In this document: piece by piece, positions 1 through 6,897 of the stretch
Layout of the letters: each line of letters opens with the position of its first letter
How positions within the stretch are numbered: the stretch's first letter is position 1
DNA from: Candidatus Omnitrophota bacterium
GTDB lineage: Bacteria > Omnitrophota > Gorgyraeia > Duberdicusellales > 4484-171
Assembly: GCA_020352775.1 (NCBI GenBank)
Contig: CP070684.1
Location: forward strand, 968,653-1,032,652
Direction: 5' to 3'
Length of the DNA stretch: 64,000 bases
Notes under the pieces: model-generated
What the model was told of the DNA's origin: nothing
Seen by the model: only the letters and a program-made list of their open reading frames with translations
Databases searched by the model: none
Program-made: the position numbers and the translations under genes

Positions 1-311
1 CCTCTCGTTATAATGGCCTTTATTATGTGCTCCTAGGGGCACTTTCTCCGTTGGAGGGGGTGAATGAAGAAAATTTAAATATCAGCAAACTCATGCAGCG
101 TCTGGAAGAAGGTGAAATCAAAGAAGTAATCATTGCCACAGATCCAGATAATGACGGAGAACTAACTGCTCATTTCTTGATTGAAAAAATATCTCCTTAT
201 AAAGTGAAAATCTATCGCATCGCAATAGGCGTTCCTTTAGGTACGCAAATTGAGTATATTGATTCAGCAACTTTAGGTAAAGCTTTGCTTGAACGAAAAG
301 CAGTTACTTGA
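1..311 (+). CDS. recR: Recombination protein RecR, C-terminal part (5' end lies outside the window)
   Basis: The frame stays open upstream of the listed GTG to base 3 (SRYNGLYYVLLGALSPLEG). It has a Toprim-type acidic motif ATDPDNDGE and a C-terminal IEYIDSATL, a typical RecR layout. Confidence 0.85.
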   Translation, partial: SRYNGLYYVLLGALSPLEGVNEENLNISKLMQRLEEGEIKEVIIATDPDNDGELTAHFLIEKISPYKVKIYRIAIGVPLGTQIEYIDSATLGKALLERKAVT

Positions 312-336
312 CGATAAAATATAAATAGGCTATAAT
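308..336 (+). promoter_or_regulatory. Sigma70-like promoter upstream of tRNA-Asn
   Basis: TTGACG (308-313), a 17-nt spacer, then TATAAT (331-336), about 30 nt upstream of the tRNA 5' end. It overlaps the recR stop codon. Confidence 0.5.
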
Positions 337-400
337 TTTTAAAATTCGTTCTTAGACAAATTGGTATCCCCGGTAGCTCAATGGTAGAGCGGTTGGCTGT

Positions 401-916
401 GCCGAGGGGTGAAAAAGGAGGTGAAATTGGCAAAGCAAGAAAAGCGTCGCTATAAAGACCGACGGCAATACTTAATAGCCGCAGTCCGTAAAAGACGGAA
501 AAAGATACGTGAAATGGCTCTTAAGTATAAAGGTGGTAATTGTGAGCGATGTGGGTATGGTCGTTGCCAGGAAGCTTTAGAGTTTCATCATGCGAGTTCT
601 TCCAAAAAAGATTTTAGTGTTTCTTCCAAAGGTTACACACGCAGCTGGAAGAGGGTAAAGAAAGAATTGGATAAGTGTGTTTTGCTTTGTGCCAATTGTC
701 ACCGAGAGATTCACTCTCAAATTAGCAGCGCTTGCGAGAAATCGCAGGATGAGAAAGCGAGTAAATTCAGGGAAACCCTTGAAGTAAAAGGCCTCAAGGG
801 CAATCCTGAGCCAAGCCCTAAATGGGAAGGTGCAGAGACTAGACACTCGCTACCTAAGTTCGATAAGGATATGGTAAAGGTATAGTCCGACTCTCACAGT
901 AATGTGAGTCAGTTCG
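401..916 (+). mobile_element. Group I intron (IC3-like, Azoarcus/Anabaena tRNA-intron type) with an ORF in the P1 loop
   Basis: - P1: exon 396-400 GCUGU pairs with 725-729 GCAGC, with a U400:G725 wobble at the 5' splice site.
- P10: exon 917-919 UAA pairs with 722-724 UUA.
- P2: hairpin 731-748 with a GAAA loop, directly after the guide sequence as in Azoarcus.
- P3: 756-762 AGCGAGU pairs with 845-851 ACUCGCU.
- Core: 829-858 GGUGCAGAGACUAGAC...CCUAAG and 805-817 CCUGAGCCAAGCC closely match the Azoarcus tRNA-Ile intron core as I recall it.
- The intron ends in G916 (omega-G). Confidence 0.8.
409..885 (+). CDS. HNH-family homing-endonuclease-like protein encoded inside the tRNA intron
   Basis: It has a CxxC...HH...CxxCH zinc/HNH signature (CERCGYGRC..EFHH..CANCHREIH) and a basic N-terminus. 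The SD AGGAGG at 416-421 suggests the true start may be TTG at 427. The HNH domain ends near 715. The remaining ~55 codons run through the ribozyme core and may be fortuitous. Confidence 0.7.
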   Translation: MKKEVKLAKQEKRRYKDRRQYLIAAVRKRRKKIREMALKYKGGNCERCGYGRCQEALEFHHASSSKKDFSVSSKGYTRSWKRVKKELDKCVLLCANCHREIHSQISSACEKSQDEKASKFRETLEVKGLKGNPEPSPKWEGAETRHSLPKFDKDMVKV

Positions 917-950
917 TAACCAATAGGTTGTAGGTTCGAGCCCTACCCGG

Positions 951-974
951 GGAGCCAGTCTTCATGTTTCGAAC
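951..974. repeat. att-like core copy 1: the last 7 nt of tRNA-Asn plus 17 nt downstream
   Basis: GGAGCCAGTCTTCATGTTTCGAAC recurs at 2740-2763 with 1 mismatch. It recurs partially at 3860-3870 and 36856-36865. Confidence 0.75.
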
Positions 975-980
975 CAATAA

Positions 981-1012
981 GCCGTCCAATTCTTGGACGG
1001 CATTTTTATTTG
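981..1012 (+). terminator. Rho-independent terminator after tRNA-Asn
   Basis: A 9-bp stem, GCCGTCCAA-ttc-TTGGACGGC, is followed by ATTTTTATTT. Confidence 0.65.
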
Positions 1013-1048
1013 TTGCTTTTTCGGATTTGACTTTTTCGCGAAAAAATC

Positions 1049-2386
1049 TTAAACTGTTTTAACAACGTCTACTTCAGGAATATACATTTTTAAACCCGTA
1101 TAATATTGGGTATAATAATAGTAATTTCCTTGCATCCAAATTAATATGCCACTTTCTGACTTGGAATAATTTCTTGCAACAACTGGACGAATATTATCCT
1201 TGGCTGATCTACTCGTAATCTCTTCCAAATCCCAGGTAGTACCTCCATCGGAAGTTACCCACTTTTCGATTTCAAAAATACCGTGAATCGGCCTCGATAA
1301 ATAAACGATCGAAGGGTTATCATGGTCAAGCGCGACTCCTCCGGAATAATGAGGCTCCTCCTCGATTTCTCTTTTATGAGTCTTAGGAAAACAGTTACCA
1401 GCTGCAGTTATCTCATAATCATTCCACTTCTCACCATCCCATTGTGCGTATCTATAGCGATGATCATTTATTTTACGAAAAACTGCATACAAGATTATAG
1501 GATTTCCGGAATGGTCTAATGCAATATCCCACACCCAAGCTTTGATTCCTAAAATAGCAGCATCGTAAACTTTATCTGCTTCCAATGGATTAATCGGAAG
1601 TTCTTCAATATTTTTAATCTTAAAACCATTCGCTTTATAGAATGCACCTTTATAATAATAGGCATAATATATGTTATTTTTTTCTTCTTCTCCCGGATGT
1701 CCGTCAGTAAATGCAAAGTGAATTTTATCTATTCCATTTGAGTCAAATTTAACATATGGCCTTTTACCCTCCCCCTTAACAAGTGTCTTGGCTGAACTCC
1801 ATGTAAAATCTTCTTTCAGCTCGGCAAAAGATGGTTTCCAATTTCCTCCTCTCCAAAAAAGATAAATCTTACTACCTTCTGTGGCTAAGTGAATTGGATT
1901 TGGATAAGTATATCCCCTTGCGCCTTCGGTATTTACTCCTACTTCTAGTTCTTTATCCCAACTTGAAACATTTTCTGGTTCTTTCGAGACATGATAAAAC
2001 ATTTTTTTCCCATTATGCGCTGAATAGAATACCATCAGACGTCCGTCTGGACGCACTAAAAGTGCCGGATTCGCATGATCATCGCGCTGTAGCTTCTTTT
2101 TCAAGGTCGTCGTTGTTATTTTTTTTGTTCCCCTATTATAAGAAGCCACCTGTATGCTCCCTGATTTATTAACCCAACCAACGTAGACCTTTTTATGTTC
2201 CCCTTCATAATAAACCGCTCTAGGGTCAGCAATCCAGCACCATGCCCCGTCAGAAGTAAGGGTTTGGTGGGATTTTTTACGGATATTTTCTCGGCCCGGA
2301 ATCAAACCTTTTAACTGCCACAATTTTACGAATAAAAATTTGTTACCTTTCAAGGCAGGCAGTAATTTTTTTCGGATCGAGATCAT
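1049..2386 (-). CDS. BNR_4-like (BNR repeat-containing family) beta-propeller protein, probable glycan-active enzyme
   Basis: This 445-aa ORF has a strong SD (AAAGGAGGT) 5 nt upstream of the ATG. Motifs such as DDHANPALLVRPDGRLMVFYSAHNG and SDGGTTW (an Asp-box) resemble the BNR_4 family from memory. Confidence 0.55.
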   Translation of the reverse strand: MISIRKKLLPALKGNKFLFVKLWQLKGLIPGRENIRKKSHQTLTSDGAWCWIADPRAVYYEGEHKKVYVGWVNKSGSIQVASYNRGTKKITTTTLKKKLQRDDHANPALLVRPDGRLMVFYSAHNGKKMFYHVSKEPENVSSWDKELEVGVNTEGARGYTYPNPIHLATEGSKIYLFWRGGNWKPSFAELKEDFTWSSAKTLVKGEGKRPYVKFDSNGIDKIHFAFTDGHPGEEEKNNIYYAYYYKGAFYKANGFKIKNIEELPINPLEADKVYDAAILGIKAWVWDIALDHSGNPIILYAVFRKINDHRYRYAQWDGEKWNDYEITAAGNCFPKTHKREIEEEPHYSGGVALDHDNPSIVYLSRPIHGIFEIEKWVTSDGGTTWDLEEITSRSAKDNIRPVVARNYSKSESGILIWMQGNYYYYTQYYTGLKMYIPEVDVVKTV

Positions 2387-2484
2387 GTTACCTCCTTTTA
2401 ATACTTATAGAAATTATCTCTCTAGCCTGTAATGATTTCAAGCAAAATCTTAGAGGGTTCGCAATATTAAATAATCAATTTTTT

Positions 2485-2643
2485 CGTCGGGCAGACGCAG
2501 TCGGTCGGCTGCAATCTGGCGATTTCCGCTGCGTCCTTTTGTGCGCCTGCCCCCTTAGAAAACCTATAATTTTCGCCGCCGCCAAGATGATTTCCTTAAA
2601 TAACAAAATAATCCCGAGGTACGCCGAGGGAAAAAGCCCGACG
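2485..2643. other. GC-rich structured element of unknown nature (possible ncRNA, leader or element remnant)
   Basis: By hand count it is about 53 percent G+C over 2481-2670 in an AT-rich context. Nested and alternative inverted repeats:
- 2489-2494 GGGCAG with 2547-2552 CTGCCC
- 2494-2500 GACGCAG with 2529-2535 CTGCGTC
- 2485-2492 CGTCGGGC with 2636-2643 GCCCGACG

There is no convincing ORF. Confidence 0.3.
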
Positions 2644-2739
2644 AGAGTGGGTGCCTGAGGAAGGCTATCTTACATAGATGTCCTTTCGCTTGCAATGATG
2701 GATTTCATTAGGTAAAATAATCGGTATACACCTTGATGT

Positions 2740-2763
2740 GGAGCCAGTCTTCATATTTCGAAC
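2740..2763. repeat. att-like core copy 2 (tRNA-Asn 3'-end duplicate)
   Basis: GGAGCCAGTCTTCATATTTCGAAC matches 951-974 at 23 of 24 positions. It is flanked by 9-nt direct repeats CACCTTGAT at 2729-2737 and 2779-2787. Confidence 0.75.
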
Positions 2764-2926
2764 AGGGGGAAAATTGAGCACCTTGATACTTATGTTTAGC
2801 GAAATCCTCCGAAATACAAGAAACATAAAGCCACGCCCGGTAATAAAATTGCTATACAAAAAGACGGTGATAGCTATAAGTTATCGTTTGAGAAAGTCGT
2901 AATTGAAGAATTAAAAAGAACAGAAT

Positions 2927-3826
2927 GTGAAATATATAAAACTTGTTGGAACGTTGAAGCAGCAAACAAAGATATTAATTTTTAATGTTTATGACCGCTA
3001 TATCAAACACATCTACCGCAGGATTATTGTCAACCCCAGGTTAAAAGAAATCATAGAGGCCATAGTATCTGAGCTTCGCGTGATACTAGAACATAATTTT
3101 GACCCCGTGCATATGATTTTTATAGAAACCATCACTGCATGTAATTTGAGATGTCCATATTGTCCTAATTCAATATACGATCGTGGACTAATAAAGAATA
3201 TGAAAAAGATGGAAACAAAATTATTCCATAAAATTATTGATGAATTATCTGAGCTTAAATGGGTTGGAGAAATACAACCCCACTCTTATGGTGAACCTTT
3301 GCTAGACGACCGCATAATAGATCTTATTGAATACGCTAAGAAAAAAATACCAGGATTAATAATTAATTTTTTCACAAACGGAGAACTCTTGAATGTAAGC
3401 TTATATAAACAATTAACTAAAGCCGGTGTAAATAAATTTACAGTTACTCAACACTTACCGACACCAGCGAAGGGGGTATTAGAAGTGTTGGATTACAGAA
3501 AGAAGTTCGGCTCAGAAAATGTAGGCTTTCGTTATGGAAAGATAACTTATATTTTCAATAGAAGTGGTTTAATTAGTGTTGAGGATGGAGTGAAGAAAAC
3601 CAAGTGTAATTGGCCTTCCCATAATATAGGAATTAGTTACGATGGGAGCGTGCTTATTTGTTGCCACGATTATTTAAATGAAGTAAAAGTAGGTAATGTA
3701 AACGATGAAAGACTAATAGATATTTGGAATAAACCATTATACAAAAAAATAAGGAAGGATATAGCAAAAGGGAGATTTACATTCGATCTTTGCAAAAGAT
3801 GCTTAGAAGGAAAAGTCACAACGTGA
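2927..3826 (+). CDS. Radical SAM enzyme with a SPASM/twitch-like Cys-rich C-terminus
   Basis: It has a CxxxCxxC motif (CNLRCPYC) and a C-terminal cluster CNWP...LICCHDY...CKRC. The start is uncertain: the listed start is a GTG without an SD, and the cluster motif begins about 70 codons in. Confidence 0.7.
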   Translation: MKYIKLVGTLKQQTKILIFNVYDRYIKHIYRRIIVNPRLKEIIEAIVSELRVILEHNFDPVHMIFIETITACNLRCPYCPNSIYDRGLIKNMKKMETKLFHKIIDELSELKWVGEIQPHSYGEPLLDDRIIDLIEYAKKKIPGLIINFFTNGELLNVSLYKQLTKAGVNKFTVTQHLPTPAKGVLEVLDYRKKFGSENVGFRYGKITYIFNRSGLISVEDGVKKTKCNWPSHNIGISYDGSVLICCHDYLNEVKVGNVNDERLIDIWNKPLYKKIRKDIAKGRFTFDLCKRCLEGKVTT

Positions 3827-3859
3827 TTCATAAAGAAAAGTTCTAAAACCGTCCAAGAA

Positions 3860-3879
3860 GGGGAGCCAGTTTATAAGAG
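3860..3879. repeat. att-like copy 3: GGGGAGCCAGT (tRNA 3' end) fused to TTATAAGAG
   Basis: An 11-nt match to tRNA positions 949-959 is followed by the arm GTTTATAAGAG (3869-3879). That arm recurs on the opposite side of the core at 36846-36856. Confidence 0.55.
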
Positions 3880-3939
3880 CGTAATAAAAAATCTGTCATA
3901 TAGGATTTTTGTCTGAAATAGAATAAAAAGAAAGCTATT

Positions 3940-4535
3940 ATGCATTTTAACAGCAAATTACTTTTTGATAAATATGCGCAATCACTTTTCAAAAACAATA
4001 TGAAAATACTTGAAATTGGTCCTGATGGAGTCCCATCAACATATGAGAAAGTAATAGACAATGATACTATTGCGTGGGAAACTTTAGATATTGTTAAATC
4101 TAAAAAAGTAACCTATATTGCTGAAAATGAATATAAATTTCCTATTCCCGATAATACTTTTGACATAGTTCTTTCTGGGCAAGTTATAGAGCACGTAAAA
4201 AAATATGGGTTTGGATTAAAGAACTTGCTAGGGTATGCAAGACAGGAGGTCGTGTTATAACAATCGCCCCCGTATCCTGGACTTATCACGAAGCACCTGT
4301 AGATTGTTGGAGAATTTATCCTGAAGGGATGAAAGCTCTTTATGAAGAAGCAGGTCTTAAGGTAGACTTATGTAAATTCGAAACTTTAGAAACATATCGT
4401 CACACAAGGATAATGCCTGGTGTTGGAGCATTGAAAAACGAATCTGGTAACCTTAAGTCTTTAATTAAAAATATTATTGGGTGGCCGCTTACCTGCTCAT
4501 TTGATACAATTGCTATTGGTACTAAAACAGAATAG
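3940..4535 (+). pseudogene. Class I SAM-dependent methyltransferase (Methyltransf_11-like) interrupted by a frameshift
   Basis: ORFs 3940-4260 and 4329-4535 are two parts of one protein. Shifting by -1 at the A7 run (4197-4203) gives a continuous sequence: ...IEHVKKIWVWIKELARVCKTGGRVITIAPVSWTYHEAPVDCWRIYPEGMKALYEEAG.... The N-terminal ILEIGPDG is a SAM-binding motif I. Confidence 0.7.
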
Positions 4536-4559
4536 ACAGTTCTAATTAATAGCAACAAA

Positions 4560-4802
4560 TTATTTGTATAATTTGCTAGCTTTTTCAGTAAGGTAATGGT
4601 TCCTGAGTTCCTCCAGAAAGTTGCGAAACTCGTCTAATACGGGGAGTTTGATATGAATATTAGTGGATATTATTTTTGTTGCCAAAATTTTTACTTGAGG
4701 TAAAATATGGGGGCCTGGATAATCGTACTTTAACAGCGCCAAATTGTCAGATAGACATGCCCATATTAAAAGATTGCCGTAGAAGGATTTCATATTAACC
4801 AA
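4560..4802 (-). CDS. Hypothetical 80-aa protein, possibly a gene remnant
   Basis: This is an ORF only. It has no SD and no recognisable motif. Its start abuts the RBS of the divergent gene. Confidence 0.25.
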   Translation of the reverse strand: MVNMKSFYGNLLIWACLSDNLALLKYDYPGPHILPQVKILATKIISTNIHIKLPVLDEFRNFLEELRNHYLTEKASKLYK

Positions 4803-4820
4803 ATTAAAAGGAGGGAGTGT

Positions 4821-5768
4821 ATGAAAGTATGTTTTCTCGGCAAGAAGAAGGTACTTATCGCGATAGTAGCAGCGGTATTACTCTGTAGTTTTTCCGTGAG
4901 TGGGTTTGCGCAAGAACAAAAGAAAGCCAAGAGCGGTTTTTGGAGTAAATTATGGTCAGTGTTTAAAAGACCTAGCGTCCCCTCTAAAACCAAAGGTTTT
5001 GTAAAACTAACACCTGCAGAATTGCAAAGGAAAACACGACAAGTAGAGCAGCAGACACTGCAAATAAAGGAACAAATGAAACTATTGCAGGAACAATTGA
5101 AAGAAGCGCGCCAGCAAGCCCAGAAGGAAGAACAGCAGCTTAAGCAACAACAGCAGCAGACCGACCAGAAGCTAAAGAAGGCACAGCAGGAACAGGATAA
5201 ACTACAGCAACAGATGAGGCAAGCGCAGATGCAAAAGCAACAAAAAGAGCAGCAATTAAGCAACTTGCAACAAGAAAAGAAAGATTTGAAGCAAGAGCTG
5301 TGGAAGCTTAAACAAGAATTGCAGCAAGCGCTATCGGGGCAACAAAGAAGAGGAGTAGAGAAATATCAGCGAAAATTGAAGCGAAAGTTGAGTAAAGCAA
5401 ATCGAATGATAAAACAAACCAAGAAACAACTCCAACAGTTAGCAAAACAGGAGGAGCAGCAGGAAGAGGTGCAAACATTGAATGAGTTGGCTGAGTTGTT
5501 AAGGGGGCTGCAGGCTGAAAGGCAGCAACAGATGAAACAGCAACAAGAATTTAGCCGGAAAGAAGAGCAGCTGCAACAGCAAGATCAGGCTTTGCAACAG
5601 CAAGATCAGACTTTGCAGCAAATGGAGAAACAAATGCAGTCGCAAGAGAATCTTCAGTTAGAGCTTCAAGAAACACTTCAGAAGCAGCAACAGATGATTC
5701 AGATGCTGGCCAATATGCAGAAAACGATACAGGATACTGCAAAAGGGGTCGTCAGGAGTTTAAAGTAG
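4821..5768 (+). CDS. Secreted glutamine/lysine-rich coiled-coil protein
   Basis: It has the SD AAGGAGGGA and a signal peptide, KKKVLIAIVAAVLLCSFSVSGFA-QE. About 280 aa of Q/K/E/L heptad-like low-complexity sequence follows. An internal nucleotide duplication gives QQQDQALQQQDQTLQQ (about 5571-5620). Confidence 0.7.
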   Translation: MKVCFLGKKKVLIAIVAAVLLCSFSVSGFAQEQKKAKSGFWSKLWSVFKRPSVPSKTKGFVKLTPAELQRKTRQVEQQTLQIKEQMKLLQEQLKEARQQAQKEEQQLKQQQQQTDQKLKKAQQEQDKLQQQMRQAQMQKQQKEQQLSNLQQEKKDLKQELWKLKQELQQALSGQQRRGVEKYQRKLKRKLSKANRMIKQTKKQLQQLAKQEEQQEEVQTLNELAELLRGLQAERQQQMKQQQEFSRKEEQLQQQDQALQQQDQTLQQMEKQMQSQENLQLELQETLQKQQQMIQMLANMQKTIQDTAKGVVRSLK

Positions 5769-5796
5769 AAATTAAACGCACGACATAAATACAAAA

Positions 5797-5836
5797 GCCC
5801 TCTCATTAGAAAAGATGCAGAGGGCTTTTTCTTTTT
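5797..5836 (+). terminator. Rho-independent terminator
   Basis: GCCCTCT (5797-5803) pairs with AGAGGGC (5819-5825), followed by TTTTTCTTTTT. Confidence 0.7.
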
Positions 5837-5867
5837 GGGATAAACATAAAGCCGGGTGGCTATGCGA

Positions 5868-5895
5868 TTGACAGTGATATTGCATATGTTAAGAT
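5868..5895 (+). promoter_or_regulatory. Candidate sigma70-like promoter of the lipoprotein operon
   Basis: TTGACA (5868-5873), a 16-nt spacer, then TAAGAT (5890-5895). Confidence 0.4.
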
Positions 5896-5923
5896 ATTTA
5901 TGCCAAAATAATAAGGAGGTAGT

Positions 5924-6331
5924 GTGGTGAAGGTAAAATACATATTATTGTTGATGGTTATTTTTATTTTTGGATGTTCCTCGGCGGGTTCTCATCTTCG
6001 ATCTGTTCAGTCTGGTGTCGGAGATAGAATAACTGTGGGAAAAGTTCAGCGTGAGATAACTATTGGCATGACAGCCGGAGAAGTAGTGGAGGTTTTAGGT
6101 TCACCCAACATAGTTTCAACCGACGAAAACAGAAGAGAAGTATGGATTTACGATAAAATCGCCACTGATGTTTCATATTCAGCAAGCGAAGGCGGTCTTA
6201 CTTTGTTGCTTTTAGGTGTAGGTGGTGCATCGAGAGCAGCATCAAAATCACAGAGAACATTGACGGTCATCATCAAATTTGACGAGAATAACATGGTCCG
6301 CGACTTTGCTTATCATACCTCCAGGTTTTAA
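5924..6331 (+). CDS. BamE/SmpA_OmlA-like lipoprotein
   Basis: It has the lipobox IFGC and a GMTAGEVVEVLGSPN...VWIYD motif typical of the SmpA/OmlA fold. The SD is AAGGAGGT, and the start may be the GTG at 5927. Confidence 0.55.
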   Translation: MVKVKYILLLMVIFIFGCSSAGSHLRSVQSGVGDRITVGKVQREITIGMTAGEVVEVLGSPNIVSTDENRREVWIYDKIATDVSYSASEGGLTLLLLGVGGASRAASKSQRTLTVIIKFDENNMVRDFAYHTSRF

Positions 6332-6342
6332 GAACAAGCGGT

Positions 6343-6897
6343 ATGAAAGGGCAGTTTTTAAAGATTTTCTTTATTTTATTTTTTGTACTGACCTTAGTTG
6401 GCTGTGCCAGTATTCCCACAGGTTTTTTAAAACTTCCTGATAATTATTTAGCAAACCGACAGCTGCAGATGAGGCAGTATGATACTACAGATGAAGAAAA
6501 GATTATTGCTGCAGTCGCCGGAGTGCTGCAAGATTTGGGCTTTACCTTAGATGAAAGCGAAACAGAGATAGGTTTAGTTGCCGCGTCAAAAAAAGCTGAT
6601 GCTACTGATGGTGGTCAGATCGCCGGCGCATTTCTTCTGGATTTATTTTGCGCATTAGCCGGAACTCAATCAAATTATTCTTCCCAGGTAGATGCAGTTC
6701 AGTATGTCAAAGCCTCTGTGATTGTTAAGCCCAGTTTGGACACAGAGAGAATGGTGGTGCGCGCCACTTTTCAGCGCATCGTCTGGAATGTAAGCAACCA
6801 GATTAGTAGAGTTGAGACTATTAATGATGTGGAAATTTATCAGAAATTCTTCGATAGTTTATCAAAAGCAATATTTTTGGAGGCACATAAGATATGA
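6343..6897 (+). CDS. Uncharacterised lipoprotein (paralog A)
   Basis: It has the lipobox LVGC. It shares N- and C-terminal blocks with the next gene: ...YDTTDEEKII..LQDLGFTLDE... and ...YQKFFDSLSKAIFLEAH. Confidence 0.6.
   Translation: MKGQFLKIFFILFFVLTLVGCASIPTGFLKLPDNYLANRQLQMRQYDTTDEEKIIAAVAGVLQDLGFTLDESETEIGLVAASKKADATDGGQIAGAFLLDLFCALAGTQSNYSSQVDAVQYVKASVIVKPSLDTERMVVRATFQRIVWNVSNQISRVETINDVEIYQKFFDSLSKAIFLEAHKI

Larger units (their letters stand above)
367..957 (+). tRNA. tRNA-Asn(GUU) interrupted in the anticodon loop (exon 1 367-400, exon 2 917-957, CCA encoded)
   Basis: Hand-folded cloverleaf:
- Acceptor stem: TCCCCGG pairs with CCGGGGA.
- D arm: GCTC-AATGGTA-GAGC.
- Anticodon stem: GTTGG pairs with CCAAT.
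- T arm: GTAGG-TTCGAGC-CCTAC.
- Discriminator G, then CCA.

Joining the exons gives the loop CTGT|TAA, which is identical to the E. coli tRNA-Asn loop CUGUUAA. U1-A72 and G73 also match Asn tRNAs. Confidence 0.8.

Noticed and set aside
212-433. A 73-aa minus-strand ORF across the recR end, the tRNA-Asn exon 1 and the intron start.
   Set aside because: It overlaps a confident CDS, a promoter and the tRNA. It has no RBS or recognisable motif.
2665-2859. A 64-aa minus-strand ORF overlapping att-like copy 2.
   Set aside because: It has no RBS and no motif. It spans a repeat that is better explained as a recombination-site remnant.
4790-5263. A 157-aa cysteine-rich ORF on the minus strand.
   Set aside because: It is the antisense reading of the CAG/CAA-rich coiled-coil gene, where GCA/GCT/TGC/TGT codons arise automatically. 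It has no RBS and is low-complexity, so it is an artefact.
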